Of a DNA stretch of 64,000 bases, positions 12,123 through 23,297 are shown one piece after another (positions within the stretch are counted from its first letter, which is position 1; every line of letters starts with the position of its first letter). The stretch comes from Sminthopsis crassicaudata (Eukaryota), in contig NC_133622.1 in assembly GCF_048593235.1 (NCBI RefSeq), positions 251,538,055 to 251,602,054 of the forward strand, in the 5' to 3' direction. A program made the position numbers and the translations under genes. Under the pieces are notes generated by a model. It was not told the origin of the DNA and searched no databases. It was given only the letters and a program-made list of their open reading frames with translations.

Positions 12123-12955
12123 AGTTGGGATTCCCCCAGCCCCGCCCCCGCCCCCCGCCCCCGGCCCAGAGAAGCAAGGGGAGGGTGAGGGAGGGGAGGA
12201 GAAGGGCGCAAAGACGCCAGGCTTGAAGCTGGGGGAAGGGGGGGATTCCTCGGGGGTGGGGAGGAGGGGCCGGCACGGACTGGGGGCAGAGATGCTTGGG
12301 TTCTAGTTCTGAACCTCGAGGGTTTCTTTCTTGTGCCTCAGTTCCCCTTTTTCCTCCATACCCCGGGAGCTTGTTTCACTCCGTCCACGGTCTGGGGACC
12401 CTCTGTATCCAGGGGGCCGGGGGAAAACGGGGGGAAGGGAAGTGCTAAAAGGAGCCGTCCCACCCGTCAATCAGCCCCTGGGCCCCTTGGGGCGGGGCCT
12501 AGGGAAGAGGGACAGGGGCTCAGAAAGCCGGCCTCCAGGGGGCACCAGAGAGCGGGAGGGAATTCCCTCTCTGGGCAACCGAGACCCCTGCATCCCCCCA
12601 TCCCCTTCCCCTCCCGCGAGACTGCTTGAGGCTGGGCAGGGGCTTCGGGGCCGCGGCGCAGACTCTGGGATTTGGGAGACCCACAAGGCCGAGATCAGCC
12701 GAACCCTGCACCGGAGCACGGGGTCAGAATCGGCCTTGGTGTGTTTGGGGGGAGCAGGGGGCCGAGGGGGGCTCGCGCCACTGCCAGAATGGCCTTCTTC
12801 GGTTTCCCGCAGGCCCCTGCACCCCAGAGCCCCCAGTCTGGCTCCTGCACGGCGGCGCTGCGCCTTGGCTCGGTCCCCTCCAGGCTCGGCCCCCTCCTTT
12901 GCTTCTCTTCTCCCCCTGCGCCACCCCCCCGCAATCCCCCCTCCCTCTCTCGTTC

Positions 12956-12976
12956 TACGTCATGCGGATGACGTCG
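12956..12976. promoter_or_regulatory. CRE-like pair in NPAS4 proximal promoter
   Basis: TACGTCA (12956-12962) and TGACGTCG (12969-12976). Confidence 0.6.
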
Positions 12977-13108
12977 GAGGCCGGGGAGGGAGGAGGAGCG
13001 GGGGCCCCCCCAGCCGGCAGCTCCCCGTGCAGCCTGCTTGGCCCGGCCCCCCGCTCCTCCCGCCCCCCTCCCCGTCCCTGAATCGAGCCCCCCACGCCCG
13101 GCTGGGGC

Positions 13109-13116
13109 TATATAAA
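13109..13116 (+). promoter_or_regulatory. NPAS4 TATA box
   Basis: TATATAAA ~180 nt upstream of ATG, no intervening ATG. Confidence 0.8.
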
Positions 13117-13287
13117 GCGAAGCGAGACGGGCGAGGGGGGCAGAGCTGCCAATCGGAGCGCGAGAGAGGGAGAGAGACAGACCGAGAGAGACGGGGGAGA
13201 GAGAGGAGCAAGAAGCCGAAGCAGGCGCGTCGGGGCGGGTACCCAGGTGGCCGAGGCGCCCGGGCGCGAGCTCCGCCGCCACCAGCC

Positions 13288-13462
13288 ATGTACCGCTCCA
13301 CCAAGGGCGCTTCCAAGGCGCGGCGGGACCAGATCAACGCCGAGATCCGGAGCCTCAAGGAGCTGCTGCCGCTGGCCGAGGCGGACAAGGTGCGGCTCTC
13401 CTACCTGCACATCATGTCGCTGGCCTGCATCTACACCCGCAAGGGAGTCTTCTTCGCCGGAG
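13288..13462 (+). CDS. NPAS4: NPAS4 coding exon 1 (bHLH)
   Basis: ATG in gccATGt context; donor ag|gtgagc; 175 nt. Confidence 0.97.
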
Positions 13463-16400
13463 GTGAGCGAGCCCGGGCTTGCGGAGACGGGGGGAGTCGG
13501 GGCTAGAACTCCAGGGACCCCGGCTGGGAGACGAGGAGACCGAGCGGGAGGAAGCCGAACAGGGCAGGGACCCAGGGGCGCCGGACTTCTCTCCTTTGCT
13601 CCCCGAGACCTTCCGGAGCCTTCCTCGGAGTCAGCACCCTGGACAGGGAAGCGCCGCCGGGCGAACTCCCGGCACCGGGCGCATCCCTCAGGAGCTCCCT
13701 TTGACCGGGAAGCCCCAGCAGATAGAGCCGCTTGGGAGCCGGGGCTCTGTCCGAGGTCCTGACGCCGCGGACCGCGCTCCGGTCTTCGGGTCTGCGGAAC
13801 CCGGAAGCCTGGCTGCGGGTGGCTGTCCGCGGTCCTTAAGCTCTCCCGGGCTGGGGCATCCCCGAATCCAGTCAACAGGTCCCTCGGCCAAGGGATCGGG
13901 GAGTGGGGTCAACAGGTGGGCGCGACTCCCGGTGCTGAACCCCTGGGATCCCCAAGGATTCCCGGAGCGCAGCAGCTCTCTATCCCTCCATCTCCCGGGT
14001 TCTCACCCTCTTTCTCTCTCCCACCAGGCGCCCCTCTGACCGGCCCAGCCGGGCTGCTCTCGGCGCAGGAGCTGGAAGACATCGTGGCGGCGCTGCCCGG
14101 GTTCCTGCTCATGTTTACTGCCGAGGGAAAGCTCCTCTATCTGTCCGACAGCGTGAGCGAGCACTTGGGCCATTCCATGGTGAGAGCCTCCCCGGACCGG
14201 GCGCAGGGGGGTCCCACGGGGATCCCGGGCCAGGGCAAGCTGAGGACAGCCGGGGCGGGGAAGCGAGGGAGCGTCCATTCGCCACGTTCAGAGACTGGGA
14301 AGTGGGATAATGTAGCTGAGAGAAGGGGCGCTTGAGTCAGACACCAGGCACTAGTGTGCGTGACTTCGGTAAATGCAGAACTCCCCCTCCCGGGGCCAGG
14401 GTATCCACGCCTTTGCCTGGAAGGAACCGGGCCTGCGGGTCCTTTTCAGGGGTGCGCTCCCGCTCCATTCGGAGTGGTGCCCGTGGTAATTACGTGCATC
14501 CATGGGACACGGGGTCGAGTGCCGGGGCTTGAGGAACTGGGAAGCCACAGCCGGCCCCTGGTCATCACTGAGGAGCTGAGGCACCGAGTGGCTGGGGGCC
14601 GTGCTTGGACTCTTTCTCCATTCGCTGATGGGCTTTCCTTCCCCTTCTCCCCTTCTCCACAGGTGGATCTGGTCGCCCAGGGGGACAGCATCTACGATAT
14701 CATTGATCCCGCTGACCACCTCACTGTGCGCCAGCAGCTGACTCTGCCCTCCCTGCCTGACACCGGTGAGGACTTTGCTTCCTTCTTTTTCTTTGCCTTC
14801 TCTTTCTTTGGCTAAGACTTCTTCCTTGAGCTTTTCCTCTACAACATCACCCACTCACCCCTGCACGACTCCCTTCTCTCTCCACTCAGATCGCCTTTTC
14901 CGATGCCGATTCAATACTTCCAAGTCCCTGAGGCGTCAGAGCGCGGGCAACAAGCTCGTGCTCATCCGGGGCCGTTTCCATCCTCACCCCCCTGGAGCCT
15001 ACTGGGCGGGGAACCCCGTCTTCACGGCCTTCTGTGCCCCTCTCGATCCCCGAGCCCGGCCCGGACCAGGGTGTGGCCCCGGGCTGGCCTCCATCTTCTT
15101 GGCCGTGTTTCAGAGCCGCCACGCCAAGGACCTTGCCCTGCTGGATGTCTCCGAGAGGTGAGTTTGCCTTGTCTGGGGCAGAAGTAAAACAGAGCTTCTG
15201 CTCTTGGGGATGGCCTTCCAAGGATCATGGGAGAAGCAGGGGCTCCAAGGAGTAGAAGGCTGGGCTGTAGCAAAAGGAGTTGGCGCCCGGGAGGGAGCAA
15301 GCCGGGGTTCAAGGGCTCAGGACGCTTGGGTGTCAGGATGGGGGAGCAGAAAGCTGACCTCCTGCCTTTGCCCTTCCTAGTGTCCTAGTCTACCTGGGCT
15401 TTGAGCGCAGCGAGCTGGTCTGTAAATCATGGTATGGACTTCTGCACCCCGAGGACCTGGCCCACGCTTCAGCCCAGCACTACCGCCTGTGTGAGTGTCC
15501 CAGTGCATCGTGGGGCAGGAGCAGACCCGAGGGAGGCAGGGCCAGGACCAATCAGGGGCGAGATAAGCGAGAGGGGGGAGGACCAGGTCAAGGTCCCAGA
15601 GAGCCTTGGCACAGGAGCCCTTGAGGAAAGGCAGTGAGGTGCAGCACAGGGATGGTTGGATTTGGAGTCAGAGGCTGGGACTTGAGGTCCACGGCCTACC
15701 ACTTGTACCCACGTGACCTCGGCTTCCCTGCCTACAAAATGAGGCCTCTTTGGTGATTGCGAAGATCTCTTCTGACTCCAAATCTGTCATCCCGGGACCT
15801 CGTGTGGCAGGTCCCGGCAGCCCTGGGAGTGAGAATTCCAGGGATAGGGTGTGTATAGGGGAGAGAGTTGAGCACAACCCCCCGGAGAGGTAGGCGAGCA
15901 CTAGGGTTAGAGCGGGCCCTTAGGGTGCTGGGCGGGCAGTGGCCAGCGGGCACTGGGCTAACCCTCGGGCTCCTCTTCCCCCAGTGGCCGATGGTGGTGA
16001 TGTTCAGGCAGAAATGGTAGTGAGGCTGCAGGCCAAGGCCGGAGGCTGGGTATGGATCTACTCCCTGATGCACCCCGAGGGTTCCGATGGCCCCATCACT
16101 GCCAACAACTACCCCATCAGGTGAGCTGGAGTCCCAGATCCGGGGAGGGGGGGAGGAGAGTACCTGTTGTCAGCCCGGGCTCCTCACCCTGCTCCTCTCT
16201 GCCCCTGCAGTGACTCGGAAGCCTGGAGTCTTCGCCAGCAGCTCAGCTCCGAAGACGCCCATTTGGCGTACGTCCTGGGCACCACGGCTGCGCCGGCTGC
16301 GTTCTCGGGAAGCCTCCTTTCCCCGGCCCAGTGTGCGAGCCCCAACCTGACCTTCTCCCCGGCCTTTGGGGGTCCCCGAAGCACCATGTTCCCTGCTGGC

Positions 16401-18008
16401 TCAGAACTGGCGTCCATTCCTTCTGGAGAGCAGCTGTCGCAGCCCCCCAAGGAGATGGACTTCAATTACCTGGCCTTCCCCCCGCGCCCTGAGTCCACCT
16501 TCCAAGGGGACCTGTGCAAAGATTTTGTGTGCACCCCGCCGTACACACCTCACCAGCCCGGGGGCTGCGCCTTCCTCTTCGGCCTCCAGGAGCCCTTCCA
16601 GCCCCACCTCCCCACCCCTTCCAGCTCCGTCCCGGAGCAGCTGCCCCCCGGCACCGGCATCTTCCCTGAGCAGCTGACCCCCAGCAGCGCCACGTTCCCC
16701 GAGCTGGCCGGCCCCATTCAAGGCCCGTTGACGGATGCCCCGGCCCAGACCTACGAAGACCAGCTGCCTCCCTGTGCCCCGGCTTTCCAAGAGCAGTTGC
16801 TGCCCAGTGCCGCCACCTTCCAGGAGCAGCTGGCCAGCCCCATCCAAGCACAACTGACCCCGCCCAGCACGGCTTTCCCGGCTCACGCGGGCAGCCCCAG
16901 CCGGACCTTCCCGGACCAGCTGAGCCCGACCCCCACCAAGCCCTACTTCCCCCAAGAAGGCTGCAGTTTTCTCTATGAGAAGTTGCCTCCCAGTCCTAAC
17001 AGTCCTGGTAATGGGGACTGCACTCTCCTGGCTCTGGCCCAGCTCCGGGGGCCGCTTTCCGTGGACGTGCCCCTGGTGCCTGACGGCCTGCTCACCCCAG
17101 AGGCCTCCCCGGTCAAACAGAGTTTCTTCCATTACTCAGAAAAGGAGAGGAATGAGCTCGACCGACTCATCCGGCAGATCAGCCAGCTGGCCCAGGGCCT
17201 GGACTGCCCCTTCCCGGCGGAGCCTGGGGCGGAGGGGCTCGAGCCACTGGGCCAGGGTCTCTCCTTCCCGGGGGCTGGTCCCCCTCTATTCGGCCTGGAC
17301 CTGAAGTCCTGGAAGAGCCAGGACTTGGCTTTCCTGGATGCCCCCGAGGCCCAGTTCCTGGAAGAGAAGTCCCCGGAAGACATCTTCATGGGCCTCTCCG
17401 CCCCGACACCCCAGGAGGACTGGGGCCCTGGGGCTCCTGAGACCTCGGGCCCAGGGGGGGCTCCGTCGCCCTGCACCGACCTGTCCCCGGAAGACCACAG
17501 CTTCCTGGAGGACCTGGCCGCCTACGAACCCGACTTTGAGACAGGTGTCTCAGCGTTCCCCTGTGATGGATGTACCGATGAGTTGTATCAACTCCAGAGT
17601 CAAGTTCAAGACAGCTTCCATGATGGTGAGTGTGAGCGAGAGACCCCCAAACCTGGGCCCTGGGAATGGGAGGGGAGGGAAGATGGGAAGAAGATGGGGA
17701 AACCGAGGCTGGCGGCCCCATCCCAAACTAACAGGACCCTCTGTATGGGCCCTGGCAGGGGAACCTGGTGGGGAGGGATCTCCTGCCTTTCTCTGCCAGA
17801 GTTGTAACTTGCAGGCAGGATGGGGGAGCCCATCTCCCCCCAAGCCAGGCTCCAGGAGTCCTTTTCAGCTTCTCGGGGGCCCCCGCGTTCCCAGTGCGGC
17901 ACTTGCAAGGGTGGGAGGGTACAGGCCGCAGCCTGAGCCCGAGCTCTCTGACCCCGTGTCTCATTTTCTCTTTCCCCAGATGGAAGTGGAGGGGAACCAA
18001 CGTTCTGA
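13288..18008 (+). CDS. NPAS4: Neuronal PAS domain protein 4 (bHLH-PAS transcription factor), complete. join(13288..13462,14028..14179,14663..14765,14890..15157,15381..15490,15985..16120,16211..17625,17980..18008), 795 aa
   Basis: N-terminus [21 protein letters not shown] (bHLH), PAS-A and PAS-B segments, C-terminus [14 protein letters not shown]. All introns GT-AG with consistent phases; total 2388 nt = 796 codons including stop. Confidence 0.98.
13630..13650 (+). promoter_or_regulatory. RE1/NRSE (REST site), NPAS4 intron 1
   Basis: GTCAGCACCCTGGACAGGGAA, intact TCAGCACC-nn-GGACAG core. Confidence 0.85.
14028..14179 (+). CDS. NPAS4: NPAS4 exon 2
   Basis: ccaccag| [20 protein letters not shown]...HLGHSM |gtgaga; 152 nt. 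Confidence 0.96.
14663..14765 (+). CDS. NPAS4: NPAS4 exon 3
   Basis: ccacag| [19 protein letters not shown]... |gtgagg; 103 nt. Confidence 0.96.
14890..15157 (+). CDS. NPAS4: NPAS4 exon 4
   Basis: actcag| [22 protein letters not shown]...DVSE |gtgagt; 268 nt. Confidence 0.96.
15381..15490 (+). CDS. NPAS4: NPAS4 exon 5 (PAS-B)
   Basis: tcctag| [36 protein letters not shown] |gtgagt; 110 nt. Confidence 0.96.
15985..16120 (+). CDS. NPAS4: NPAS4 exon 6
   Basis: ccccag| ...[19 protein letters not shown]...NNYPI |gtgagc; 136 nt. Confidence 0.96.
16211..17625 (+). CDS. NPAS4: NPAS4 exon 7 (transactivation region)
   Basis: ctgcag| [11 protein letters not shown]...QVQDSFHD |gtgagt; 1415 nt open frame. 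Confidence 0.97.
17980..18008 (+). CDS. NPAS4: NPAS4 exon 8 coding part
   Basis: ccccag| (D)[11 protein letters not shown]. Confidence 0.95.
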
Positions 18009-18751
18009 ATAAGTCTGTGACTTAACGTCGTCGAGTATGGCATATTGTCATCATGGAGTGGAGATGTTCTCCACCACCCCGGAACTTCCGTGCGCTCCTT
18101 GGGGGCTTGGAGGGGATGCGTCCGATCCCTCCCACCCTGAAGGCTGGGAAGGGGGGAGGAGGGGTGGTGGGAAGAAGGGGAAGGGGATTTATTTTTAGAA
18201 TCAAGAGACTTTGAGCAATCCTAGTTTCCATCTCAATCTGTATTCACTCGTAGTGAGTTTCCTTGAATGGGATTCCATACAGAGAAAGGGGGAGTCACAG
18301 CTTCCCTTCCATGCTGCCCAAGGGGCCTGGGGGGACTTCTCCACCCCCGGGGCCATCGGCCCCGGCTTCCGTGGGGGAAAAGGCCGGCCCGGGCTAGCCA
18401 GCGCCCCGTGGGGGCTCTTGACACTCACGTAGAATTGTCTACACTCCAGTAACAGGATTTCAATTCCTCTGCACTCGGCCGCCTGCCGCGGCCTCTCCTG
18501 TGACTTTTGCGCCCTGCGCCTGGGGTGGGGGGCGTGAAGCGACTCTATCGTTTCTTTCCGATGCAGGAAGACAGATCTGCCATCACGCCGTGTGTGAATG
18601 CGTGTGCACGCGAGCATGCGTGTGTGTGTGCGCCCGAGCGCGCGTACCTGTGCGTACGGGCAGGCAGGGACCCCCTGGCTGCCGTGCCGGCCCCTGGGGC
18701 CTCCATGCAGTGAAACTCGTGGTGCTGTGTCGACTTTGTAACCAACTTTAT

Positions 18752-18757
18752 AATAAA
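18752..18757 (+). terminator. NPAS4 polyadenylation signal
   Basis: First AATAAA downstream of stop, followed by T/GT-rich tract. Confidence 0.8.
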
Positions 18758-20132
18758 GTCCGGTTCGCCTTTTTTGTAGCCCAGTGTTGTTTGCTGATGG
18801 AGAAGAGGGCCGGGGGCCGGGGGGGGGGAGGCAGCAAGCTGACCGATCGGGCTCAGATCCGGGGCCCAGGGGTCCTTCCCCCAGGCTGTGGGGATGCTGG
18901 GCCGCTCTGCATCCAGCAGCCACGGATGATGAGAGCTAAAAAGCTGGGGGTGGCTTTTTCTCCCGGCTCACCAGGCTCGCTCCCCTGACCTCGAGGCCCC
19001 AAAGCCCCCCATTGGGGTCCCCAAATTGCCTCAGACACGTCCCCACCCTGAAGGACAGTCTAGGACGCACCAATGAGCTTTGAGGGGAGATCTAGCCGTG
19101 CCCTGGTCAAGAGCACTGAGCCCAGCACCGAGCCCACGAGGGGCAAAGGGCCGGAGGTGGGCCCTCTCTTGGGACCTTCAAGCAACCAAAGGCCGTTCGA
19201 TGTCCACGGTCCAGGAGCTGAAACCTGGGGACCTTCCTCGTTCCGAGAACACTCAGGTTCTAACGCCCCTGGCCTTGGAGCAGGGGCCTTAATTCTCTGA
19301 GCACCGGGGGAGGAGGGGGGGCTGAGACTGTCCCAAAGGGAGGCTCTGGCGGCTCCAGTTATGACCCCAGGAGTACAAGGCCTCCCTCGGGCCCTGCCCA
19401 GAAGCCCATGTCCAAGCCCAAATGGACGGAGAGGACCCAGGGTCGCCCGCTGGCAACCCCGTCCTTTTTTCTACCTTCGGGAGGGGGAAGAACAATCACC
19501 GACTGAGCAGCAGGGAGAGACCCCAGGAGGGGAGGGGAGCAGGCCGCTCACCTTCCAGCACGAGGCAGTGCAGCTTGGCCCCCCCCTTCCTGATCTCTGG
19601 TGGGGGGCAGGGAGAAGCCCCTGATTCACAGCCCGCAGCCCAAGTCCCCTCAGTTCTAAACCCTTCTCAGGGGGAGAAGCCCCCAGACTCTCCTCTTCCC
19701 CCCATGGCCCTCCAGAACCACTCAGATTCCCAGGATCCAGTCCCCAAAGCCAGCGGGAATCTTAGGAGACCCCACCTGCACTGTCCACCCTGGCTCTGGG
19801 GCCTCCGCTGCCCCTCCCTCAGCTTTGCCCGGCCACGGTCCTGGCACTGAGACTCGAGGCCAGAGACCCCGCTGGGTCACCAGGAAGAAAGCATCGGAGA
19901 GATTTGAACCCGGGTCCGCCACCCAGGGCTAATATTCTTTCTCAATGGGTCTCAGAGAAGAAGGCAAATGAGCCCTGGAGATAGACCCAGTGAGGGGCAG
20001 GGGGAGGGGGAGGAGGAGGTGTGGGGGCCACAGCCAGTGCGGGGCAGCCACCAGGGATTTGCCCACACCTTCGTCCCATCATCCTCTGAGCAGCAGATGA
20101 ACAAGAGGAAGAATGTGACAAACGATGCAATA

Positions 20133-20138
20133 TTTATT
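20133..20138 (-). terminator. MRPL11 polyadenylation signal
   Basis: AATAAA on minus strand ~100 nt past stop. Confidence 0.8.
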
Positions 20139-20238
20139 GGGGTCTTCAGCCCTTTAAATTAGAGATGGACAAGACACAGACAGAACAAAGCGGGGTCCCG
20201 GGCGCCCACCGGCCCCGGGCGAGCAGGCGAGCCCGGGC

Positions 20239-20347
20239 TCACTTCTTGGCCGCCTCCGCCTTGGCAGCTTCGGCGTCGGCGAGGGCCTGCGCGGCCAGGA
20301 ACTGGGCCCGCTCCTCCTGGAAGGCTGCCAGCTGCTCGGCGCTGAGG
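20239..20347 (-). CDS. MRPL11: MRPL11 exon 5 coding part
   Basis: ccgcag| [20 protein letters not shown]...AAKK TGA. Confidence 0.96.
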
Positions 20348-21959
20348 CTGCGGGGAGGAAGAGGAAGGTCGGCGCCCCGGGCCTGAGGATAGCCCAGCCC
20401 GCAGTTCCTGAAAGAACTGAGCACCCCGCCTGCACCCCCAGAGTCCTCCCAGACACGGTCCTGCGTGTGCGCTCACTCACTGTCACACGCGCAGGATCCA
20501 GGGCCCCTGCCCCTCCCCCCATCACTCACTCCTTCACCACGCGGATGCCCAGCGAGCGGGCGCTACCAAGGATGGAACGGACAACGGAGGACAGGGGGAC
20601 GTCCTGCAGAGCGAAGGCCTTGTCCTGAGCCTTCACTCGGGCGATCTCGTACACGTGCTTCAAGGAGATCAGCCCGGCCACCTCATGTCCTGGAAGGGAG
20701 GAAGCTGCCTCAGCGGTGGCCCCCTCCCCACCCCTCAGGACTGCCCCCCCTCCCCTCGGGGACCTCTTCCCCCCAGGGGCCTATTCTCCTTCTCCCCCTC
20801 CACCTGTATGCCTGCCCCCCTCCCCACCCCCAGGGGCCTCTTTCCCCAACCTGTACGCCTGGCCCCCTTTTCTATGCCGGCGGCCGCCTTGAGAAAGTAG
20901 GAGATGGTGGGCTGACTGATCTTGAGCTCGAAGGTCCGATCGGGCTGGAGAGAAGAGAAGGAGCCAGAGTGGGGGTCACCCCTGCTGTGCAAAGCTGGGC
21001 GTGCCCAGGGACCCGGGGCCGGGGTGGGGGGTGGCAGGGACACAGGGTGGGGGCAGAGCCAGGGCTGGGGAAAGGGCTGTACGGAACACCCCTACGTGGG
21101 CCCCGGGCCCCCACCTTCACGATGATCTTGGTGGGCAGGGGGATCCCCTCTTTGATGTCCTTGGTCTTCTCGTTGAACTCCTTGCAGAACTGGCTGATGG
21201 CCAGGCCTTGCTGCGGGGAGAAGGGGCGCCTGAGTGTCACCGACTCCCCTCCCTCACCCCGGGCCTCTGGCCAGCACAGCCCCATCCCCAGCCACGCCGC
21301 CACAACCGCCGGGCCTTGGGGTCCACTGGCACCATGGGATCACCCCCAATCCCCGAGGGAGTAGACACCCTTCCAATCAGTACAAGGAGGGGCTGGAAAA
21401 CCCCAGCGTGGGGTCCCTTCCAGCTCCAGACCTAGGAGCCTCAGGGGCTTTACCCTCCACAATCATACAGAGCAGGAGGCACCCTAGAGGCCAGGGGAGG
21501 GCCTTATGGTCGAGTTCCCTTCTAAAGAGTCCTGCTTCTTTGGGGGCTTCAGTTTGCCGATCTGCAAAGCGGGCGCAATGCCCGCCCCTGGGTGCGCAAT
21601 GATAACTTATCATGTCATTGTCCTTAAATGTCACGCCAGAGTGCTGCAAGTTACAGGTCGGAGGTGATTCTCGAACCCACAACCTCAGACTCAGCCGGAC
21701 CGCGAGGGGAGGGGGGGAAGAGGTGGTGCCTTCCACTAACAACACGCTCCCTCTGCGCATGCGCAGCCTCCCCTAACTTACAAACCCCCGCATTCCCCAC
21801 TACGCATGCGCATCCTAGCCTGACTCCCCATCCTACCTGACCCAGGATGGGACCTAGAGGCGGCCCGGGCATCGCTTGGCCCGCGCGGACGATGGAGCGG
21901 ATGACGCCGCTGCCCTCGAGCTTCCGAACGGAGCGCGTGGCGCGGCTGAGCTTCGACAT
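20239..21959 (-). CDS. MRPL11: Mitochondrial ribosomal protein L11 (uL11m), complete. complement(join(20239..20347,20530..20689,20851..20944,21115..21210,21837..21959)), 193 aa
   Basis: [13 protein letters not shown]...[13 protein letters not shown] / [26 protein letters not shown] / PDRTF...[10 protein letters not shown] / ...EAAKK*. uL11 signature; GT-AG phases consistent; 582 nt. Confidence 0.98.
20530..20689 (-). CDS. MRPL11: MRPL11 exon 4
   Basis: ttccag| [23 protein letters not shown]...GIRVVK |gtgagt; 160 nt. Confidence 0.96.
20851..20944 (-). CDS. MRPL11: MRPL11 exon 3
   Basis: ctccag| [31 protein letters not shown] |gttggg; 94 nt. Confidence 0.96.
21115..21210 (-). CDS. MRPL11: MRPL11 exon 2
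   Basis: ccgcag| [32 protein letters not shown] |gtgggg; 96 nt. Confidence 0.96.
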
Positions 21960-22082
21960 GGCGCGGGCTGTGGGGTGTGATCTAGAGCAGAAGAAGAAGA
22001 GCGGGAGTCTGGCCCCAAGTCCGCCCGCTCTCACAGCATTCACGAGCCAAACATGGGCGCCGCCATATTGGGTTAAAGGTCA
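21754..22082. promoter_or_regulatory. MRPL11 promoter/intron-1 elements (NRF1 x2, YY1, ERR-like)
   Basis: TGCGCATGCGCA 21754-21765, ACGCATGCGCA 21802-21812, CCGCCATATT 22060-22069, TAAAGGTCA 22074-22082. Confidence 0.65.
21837..21959 (-). CDS. MRPL11: MRPL11 exon 1 coding part
   Basis: ATG at 21959; donor cag|gtagga; 123 nt. Confidence 0.96.
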
Positions 22083-22502
22083 CGGGTCCTCGCGGAGCTC
22101 TTTGCCTGCTTCCCTTTCCACCCAGTCGGAAGAAAGGAATATTGAAAGGGGGTAGCAGACACATATCCGTGAAAGGCTAGGAGTTGCCGTCTCTCGTCCG
22201 CCATTTACAGAGGAGGAAAGATTGCAAAAAGCTCTCTTTTCCACGGGCGATAATGAGGGCGGCTGTGAGAGGGAGGGGCCTGATGTTCCGTAGAGCATCT
22301 TGGAACATGTAGTTTTGAATCAGCCTCTTGCTCCTTGAGGCAGAAATTACGCCATACTTTGGCGCCATCCTGTGGTGTCGAGGCAGCAGAACACATTTTT
22401 GAACTCCCCTCAGAGTCTGATATTCTCCCCCAAAGAGCCACCACCTCCTAGAGGCCTTCCCAGATTGAAGGCATAAAATGGTCTTAATTAGTGTTAATCC
22501 CG

Positions 22503-22700
22503 CCCCGGTCCTGGAGTCAGGAGGACCTGAATTCAAATCTGCCCTCAGACATTTAACACGTCCTACCTGTGTGACCCTGGGCAAGTCACTTAACCCCAAT
22601 TACTCAGAAAAAAGAAAAAAAGAAAGAAAAATTAGATCAGATCAAAAAGGGAAAAAATGAGAAATAAAACAAAAAGCAAGTAAACGACAAAAAAAAGTGA
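22503..22700 (+). mobile_element. WSINE1-like SINE, 5'-truncated, with A-rich tail
   Basis: B-box gaattcaaatc, core tgtgtgaccctgggcaagtcacttaacccc. Confidence 0.85.
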
Positions 22701-23297
22701 AAATACTATGTTGCAGTTAGATGGCTCTCTCCGTCACAAGTCTATTGTTATGCAGTTTTAAACAGTCAGAAAGTCATTAATAATAATCCAAGAATTTAGA
22801 GCCCCCAGTTAGGAAAATTCCTAACATTCAAACAGAAGTTTGACTCTTCCCCAATTTGGATTCGATATTTCCAGCTGACTTCTGATCTCCTTAGATTGGA
22901 GGCAAAATCAGTATATAGGAAGTGCTTAGGCGGTAGAATTAAGAAGAATAAGTAACAGAACTGATTACTGGCCAAGCACAGGGAGAGAACCTGGAGAAAG
23001 AGTGGACCTTTTAAAATATCCCTCAGTCCTTGAAGATGGTAACCAGGTGCTTCAGTCTGAATTTTCTACTTCCAATTGTCTGCTGGGTTCACAGGCCCAC
23101 GTCTGCCACAGTTCAGCCCTCTTGTCGATTTTCTCCTGTGAGCTTTTGTTTCTGTAATGCTGATTCCAACTCTGTTCCTTAAGTTCTAAGTGAGGCAGAG
23201 GCTCATTGTTACTGATAACTTTGCACAGTCCTGGCTACTTCCTTTCAGTCGACTTTCTCTTGTAGACATCATGTGTCCTTTTAAAAAAAACTTCCAG

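Noticed and set aside
12331-13287. Apparent 319-aa N-terminal extension of NPAS4 in the ORF track
   Set aside because: Starts at TTG upstream of the TATA box; CpG-island artefact. The true start is ATG 13288.
20465-21364. 299-aa plus-strand ORF antisense to MRPL11
   Set aside because: GC-rich shadow ORF crossing MRPL11 introns, with no homology or splice logic.
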